From positions 1-30,278 of IMG/VR virus record IMGVR_UViG_3300017548_000013: a DNA stretch of 30,278 nt; one strand, written 5' to 3'. The stretch is from a virus. Its lineage: Duplodnaviria > Caudoviricetes. Position numbers and translations under genes: made by a program. Below are positions 26,041 to 30,278 of the stretch, one piece after another (the first letter of the stretch is position 1; each line of letters opens with the position of its first letter). The notes beneath the pieces are model-generated. The model did no database searches, was not told the origin of the DNA, and was given only the letters and a program-made list of their open reading frames with translations.

Positions 26041-26405
26041 GATATCCAGTTCCTTCCCAGCCATGCCCGGCCAGCATCCGTAATCACGAGTGCTTCACCG
26101 CCATGGTGGGCGCGACCCGCATGCAGCAGACCAGCAAACACGAATGCCTGGGCCTCTCGAATGCTCATCGTGTGGCCACAGCAGAGCACGAAGTGATAGT
26201 TCACCCGCTTGTGCGGCGTCAGGTCGCTGCTGCTGAAATCGTACGTGAACGTCAGGCTGGCGTCCCACTCAACACCCCACGGCAGCCAGCCAGTGGCGAG
26301 CGTGGACATGATGGTGAGGCGCCGACCGGACTTCTTGATTGGCGGCACATCGTGGAGAGGTTCGAAGATGATCAGGTCCGCCATTTCGAGCGGGTGATCG
26401 TGCAT
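26037..26405 (-). CDS. Hypothetical protein, first gene of the putative late operon
   Basis: 122 aa, GAGG RBS, stop overlaps the next ATG. Confidence 0.6.
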   Translation of the reverse strand: MHDHPLEMADLIIFEPLHDVPPIKKSGRRLTIMSTLATGWLPWGVEWDASLTFTYDFSSSDLTPHKRVNYHFVLCCGHTMSIREAQAFVFAGLLHAGRAHHGGEALVITDAGRAWLGRNWIS

Positions 26406-26535
26406 GTGGGCCTCGATGTGGGGAGTTCCGCGGACAGTTCGTCACGCTATCTGGAATGACGCCGAATATGCCGTTTCGTGACTCATCGCTCAATGAGGTG
26501 AGAAGAGTCCGGTGATTTCCGGGCCTTTCGGCCCA

Positions 26536-27051
26536 TCACCACGGCTCCAGCCCTGCCCTGTTAAGCCGATCCGCGATCATCCCGGCCGCTCTGGTGACGT
26601 GCCGTACGAACGTGGACCGCACCCACAGCTTGCGCCGGCACAAGTCCTCCAGGTTCTCCCCGCGCAGCTCGGCGTGAAGCCATGCCACAAGCTTGTCGCG
26701 ATACTCCGGCACCGACAGCAGCGGGCCAGCCAGCCATGATGCATGGTCCCGGCCATCATCATCCCGCCACCCCAGCACCACCATCTCCATGCGGGCCATT
26801 TCCCGGCGCGTGGCGGTGCGGTGAAGCTTGGGCACGTCCGCTGGCCAGTCACCGGGTGCGTTGTGGAACTCCGGCCACATCACCTTCATGCCTGCGGGTC
26901 CATAGCGACCACCCACACGGCCGAGAACGCGATAGGCGTCCAGAAGTGCCGCCTTGACCATTGCGGGCGTCCAGAGGCTCGCCTGCGGCTTGGCGTGAAC
27001 CAAGACATCCCGGTCGGTTTCCACCAATACCTTGCGCGCCCTTGCCTTCAC
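26536..27051 (-). CDS. DUF6362-like protein, probable late-transcription regulator
   Basis: WTPAMVKAALLDAYRVL...WPEF and a C-terminal helix-turn-helix-like segment; occupies the Q/activator position between replication and packaging genes. Confidence 0.6.
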   Translation of the reverse strand: MKARARKVLVETDRDVLVHAKPQASLWTPAMVKAALLDAYRVLGRVGGRYGPAGMKVMWPEFHNAPGDWPADVPKLHRTATRREMARMEMVVLGWRDDDGRDHASWLAGPLLSVPEYRDKLVAWLHAELRGENLEDLCRRKLWVRSTFVRHVTRAAGMIADRLNRAGLEPW

Positions 27052-27437
27052 GTCACGTCCTCGAACTGATCCTGGCGGACGACCTTAGCATAGGTCGCCC
27101 GTTCCACTGTGCCGGCCACGATGAAGCGGCGAACGTATTCCTCATCGCTCAGCCCTTCCTGCTGGGCACGAGCATGGATGGTTGCCCGCTCCCTCTCCTT
27201 GATGGGGATCACGAGATAGCAGTCCGACCGCTTCCCCCAGAGCGGCAGGCCCCACTTCTTGGCCATGTGACGAACCGTGGCGTCGGAAACCTTGCCCTCT
27301 TCGTCGCTGATCATCTCGGCCACCGCGGCGGACGAATAGCCACGACCGATGAAGAAGCCGAGCATGGCGGCACGGCCGTTGGTCCATTTCTCGACGAAGG
27401 AGAATCCTCCGCGCCAGCGTGACGTTCTCGGCAGCAT
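27048..27437 (-). CDS. DNA-binding protein with a GcrA-like HTH and a possible ribbon-helix-helix C-terminus
   Basis: KWTNGRAAML..GRGYSSAAVAEMI...VSDATVRHMAKKWGL resembles the GcrA N-terminal pattern; start re-called to 27437 (TGATG overlap, 129 aa). Confidence 0.55.
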   Translation of the reverse strand: MLPRTSRWRGGFSFVEKWTNGRAAMLGFFIGRGYSSAAVAEMISDEEGKVSDATVRHMAKKWGLPLWGKRSDCYLVIPIKERERATIHARAQQEGLSDEEYVRRFIVAGTVERATYAKVVRQDQFEDVT

Positions 27438-29599
27438 CAGAACGGCACCTCCATATCCTTGATCTCCTGCGCGACATCTGGCGGCAGCGGCGGGGCGGGT
27501 TCGAGCGCGGCGGATTGCCGTCGAACTGGCCGATCCTGCTTCCCGGTCCACCAGATGACCTTGGTGGCATTGTCGCGCTCGACATAGCCGAAAGCGACGA
27601 GGCGCTTGCCGGCATCACCGACCGATCGCTCAAACTCGCGATTCCGTTTCTCGACCTCGTGCTCTGGCGTCGTGAACGGCCACTTGTTGCGCAACCGAGC
27701 CTCGAACGCCTTGTACTTCACCACGCGCCGCCCCTTGGGCACGCCAGTGACCGCAGACGGCGCATCCTCACCATCTATGTCGATGGCGTCCTTGAGTGTC
27801 TGGAGGAATAGCGTTTGGTTGAGCGACAGCTTGCCCTCGCTCACCAACGCCTCCTCGTCTCCATTGGGGCGGTCGACTACGCATGTCGTAATCGGCTTCC
27901 CATCCGTCCGCATGCCGGTGACAACCTGCCGGAGCACAAACCGGTGTGGCGGTCCCTTTTCGCCATCCTTGTTTTTGTGCAGCTGGGCGGTGCGGATAAT
28001 GCGGCCGTTCTGGTCCTTGATCTGCAGCTCAGTCACGTCGAGCACGTTGGCGACGTCACCAGTCAGCGACGTATGCCCGCGCATTTTCCCCTCTGCGCTC
28101 TTGTGAATCGGGACGGCGACCGCGCAATCGAGTTCCACCGACATGCGCTCGAGCCGGGCCAGCACCTTCGACATATCCTGGCCGGCATTCTCATTGGCGC
28201 CAGTGATCGCCTTGTTGAAGGTGTCGATGAAGAGAATACGCATAGGCTGCTGAAAATACTCAGATAGCGCCCTGCATTCAGCAATCAGTTCATCGGTATC
28301 CTTGTCGTCGACGAAGAGGTTCACCCGCTTGGTCAACATGCGAAAGGGGATGTTCGCAGACGGCTCAATGCCGCGGTCGAGCATCCACCCCTCCAGGCGT
28401 TTGGCGACGCCCTGCTTCCCCTCTCCGGCCTGGTAGACCACCAGCCCCGGCTTCGTCTTCATGCCCCAGAAGTCCTGGGCGAGCGCAACGCACATACCCA
28501 CCTCGACCACGAGGAACGTTTTCCCAGATCCGCTGGCGCCGGGGATCATCACGACGCCTTGGCGGTCGAGGAAATCGTCTATCAGGAACTCGTGCTGCAG
28601 ATCTTTACGCTGGAGACCGTCGAGGCCAACGGCACCGAACTTTGAGGCGGGCTCCGCCGGCCGCCAATCCGGCAGCGCATTCATGATCTCAACTAGACGC
28701 TCGTGGGTGCCGCCAAGGCGCTCAACCCAGTCGGTGACATCCCACTTCGCTGGGAAGTCTGGAACATGCTGGGCGAGATCGAGCACCCGTATCCGGCGCG
28801 CAATACCACGAAGACTGCGCGCCTTGATTTCGGCGCCCTCCCGGCCAGCATCATCGTTGTCAGTGAAGATTACGACATCAGCGCCCTTGAAGATGGCCGC
28901 CATCTCCGGCGTCCAGTGCTTCGCGCCACCGCTATTCGTTGTGGCTACCGCGCCGAAGCCTTCCAGCGTCTCGACGTCCTTCTCACCCTCCATAAGCGCA
29001 ACGGTCCATCCGGCCTCGATCGCCATCTCGACTTGCTTGTGCCGATAGATGGTGTGGCCGACACCATCGAGATTCCAGATATGGCCGCCTTTCCCGTCCG
29101 GGCGCCGCTGGCGGAAGGTCTTCTTCGGGTTGCCGGTCTTGGGGTCGATTACCCATGAGCCATCGGGCAACAGGAAATGGTAGCGGATCACCTCATAGAG
29201 CGGGTCGCCGTCGCGGTTGGCGTACCGATAGCCCTTCACGGCCTTCATCACGGCCTCTGGCGTATTCACTGGCGGCTGTTCAGGCGCACTTGGCTCATCG
29301 GTAAGGAACGGAGCTTCCTGTCGCTGCTGGCCTCCTGTGCGGCCGGAGCGGCCCTCGATCAGGCCCTGCTCTTCCAGCCAGACGAGCGCCTCCGACCTTT
29401 GGAGGCCTTCCTCGCGCATGACGAGATCAATGGTACCGCCGCCTTCGTCCATCTCGTGGTCAAACCAAACATGCTCCTCGACCTTGTAGGAGCGGCTGCC
29501 GCCGCTTCCCCAACGCCATTCGATTTTGGTCTTGGATGTAGGCTCGCCCCAGAAGCGGAGGATGAGCTGCTCGGTAATGGCGGAGAAGTCGGTGGTCAC
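27437..29599 (-). CDS. Primase-helicase fusion (TOPRIM plus RepA/AAA_25-type helicase)
   Basis: KTFRQ, EGEKD and DND TOPRIM motifs; Walker A GASGSGKT, AGEG, Walker B ILFIDT, MRGHTSL. Confidence 0.92.
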   Translation of the reverse strand: MTTDFSAITEQLILRFWGEPTSKTKIEWRWGSGGSRSYKVEEHVWFDHEMDEGGGTIDLVMREEGLQRSEALVWLEEQGLIEGRSGRTGGQQRQEAPFLTDEPSAPEQPPVNTPEAVMKAVKGYRYANRDGDPLYEVIRYHFLLPDGSWVIDPKTGNPKKTFRQRRPDGKGGHIWNLDGVGHTIYRHKQVEMAIEAGWTVALMEGEKDVETLEGFGAVATTNSGGAKHWTPEMAAIFKGADVVIFTDNDDAGREGAEIKARSLRGIARRIRVLDLAQHVPDFPAKWDVTDWVERLGGTHERLVEIMNALPDWRPAEPASKFGAVGLDGLQRKDLQHEFLIDDFLDRQGVVMIPGASGSGKTFLVVEVGMCVALAQDFWGMKTKPGLVVYQAGEGKQGVAKRLEGWMLDRGIEPSANIPFRMLTKRVNLFVDDKDTDELIAECRALSEYFQQPMRILFIDTFNKAITGANENAGQDMSKVLARLERMSVELDCAVAVPIHKSAEGKMRGHTSLTGDVANVLDVTELQIKDQNGRIIRTAQLHKNKDGEKGPPHRFVLRQVVTGMRTDGKPITTCVVDRPNGDEEALVSEGKLSLNQTLFLQTLKDAIDIDGEDAPSAVTGVPKGRRVVKYKAFEARLRNKWPFTTPEHEVEKRNREFERSVGDAGKRLVAFGYVERDNATKVIWWTGKQDRPVRRQSAALEPAPPLPPDVAQEIKDMEVPF

Positions 29600-30240
29600 G
29601 CGATAGCCCCAGAAAACAAACCTGGCTGTGAAGCAGTTTCAGGCGACTTCCATTTCTCGAAATCGGCGGCGATCTGATCGAAGTTTACGGGATGCTGCGC
29701 CTTGAAGTCCGGGAGGTACGGGCCTGCCAACCAGCCACCACGACCGTCCTTCACCAGCCACTTCTCCTGTGTCCAGCGCGACATGCTGATTTCGAAGTGC
29801 TTGAAGTCGCCACGGGTGAGGTACCCGCGGCGATCGAGCGTCACCACAAGCTTGATGGCCCCGATCTTCCACGGCGTCAGCGCCACCGGTGCGCTGGCCC
29901 CGGCAACAACATCAGGCACCCAATCCGGCAGCGGGATACGCTTGACCGGGCAACGCTCATACCATTTCCGCGAATCCCATTGCGCCCCCAACACGGGCAG
30001 CGTCGGCAAGAACGAGTTTCCATACTGTGCGCGAGACGATGTCGGCGCCGGCATGTCGATGATGGTGATGCCGAGAAGACGGCAGACATCGGCCAGGTCA
30101 CGGTTGACGCCGTGCGGCACCAAAACGGCGCGACAGTCAGGTTGCGGCGCATCGACCACCTGTTCCACTACGGCAGCCGCCCCCACGCCGTGTTGCGCGA
30201 TCACGCTTCCAAGATCGTGGACGTTGATGTGGCTCTTCAT
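29596..30240 (-). CDS. Hypothetical phage protein (start uncertain; the frame stays open to the window edge)
   Basis: 214 aa from ATG 30240, 4-nt overlap with the primase gene; PDCRAVLVP and LPDWVPDVVAG..P..LTPWKI look like conserved blocks. Confidence 0.7.
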   Translation of the reverse strand: MKSHINVHDLGSVIAQHGVGAAAVVEQVVDAPQPDCRAVLVPHGVNRDLADVCRLLGITIIDMPAPTSSRAQYGNSFLPTLPVLGAQWDSRKWYERCPVKRIPLPDWVPDVVAGASAPVALTPWKIGAIKLVVTLDRRGYLTRGDFKHFEISMSRWTQEKWLVKDGRGGWLAGPYLPDFKAQHPVNFDQIAADFEKWKSPETASQPGLFSGAIA

Positions 30241-30278
30241 CCGGTCTTTGCCGGAGACGCGTTTGGTGACGGCAAACA

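Larger units (their letters stand above)
1..30278 (-). mobile_element. Prophage / temperate siphovirus segment (replication, packaging, head, tail, start of lysis module)
   Basis: Contiguous, co-oriented, often ATGA-overlapping genes for terminase, HK97 protease, capsid, portal, tail tube, tape measure, tail tip, fibre and endolysin. Both ends of the element lie outside the window. Confidence 0.97.

Noticed and set aside
1-30278. tRNA, rRNA, CRISPR array, IS element, att site
   Set aside because: None recognised by eye; intergenic space is minimal and there is no integrase or transposase.

Overview
The whole window is part of a temperate, HK97-fold siphovirus (probably a prophage of a Rhizobiales-type alphaproteobacterium; host inferred, no att/integrase in view). 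Almost all genes lie on the minus strand and read right to left: a replication/regulatory block (primase-helicase, GcrA-like HTH protein, DUF6362-like regulator), small accessory genes with two HNH nucleases, then terS, terL, protease, major capsid, a glycosyltransferase-containing insert, portal, neck, tail tube, a frameshifting chaperone, tape measure, Dit/hub, a GNAT acetyltransferase, tail tip, tail fibre, and a GH108 endolysin cut by the left edge. The one plus-strand unit sits between tail fibre and endolysin: an unannotated 46-aa single-TM peptide overlapping a Wzy O-antigen polymerase, resembling an iap/wzy-beta seroconversion cassette. Other points of interest: a free-standing HNH homing endonuclease that appears to have inserted into the packaging HNH gene and supplied it with a recoded 3' end, two candidate virion-modifying enzymes inside the morphogenesis operon, and a structured non-coding element upstream of the endolysin. 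All family calls come from motif recognition by eye; no database searches were run.
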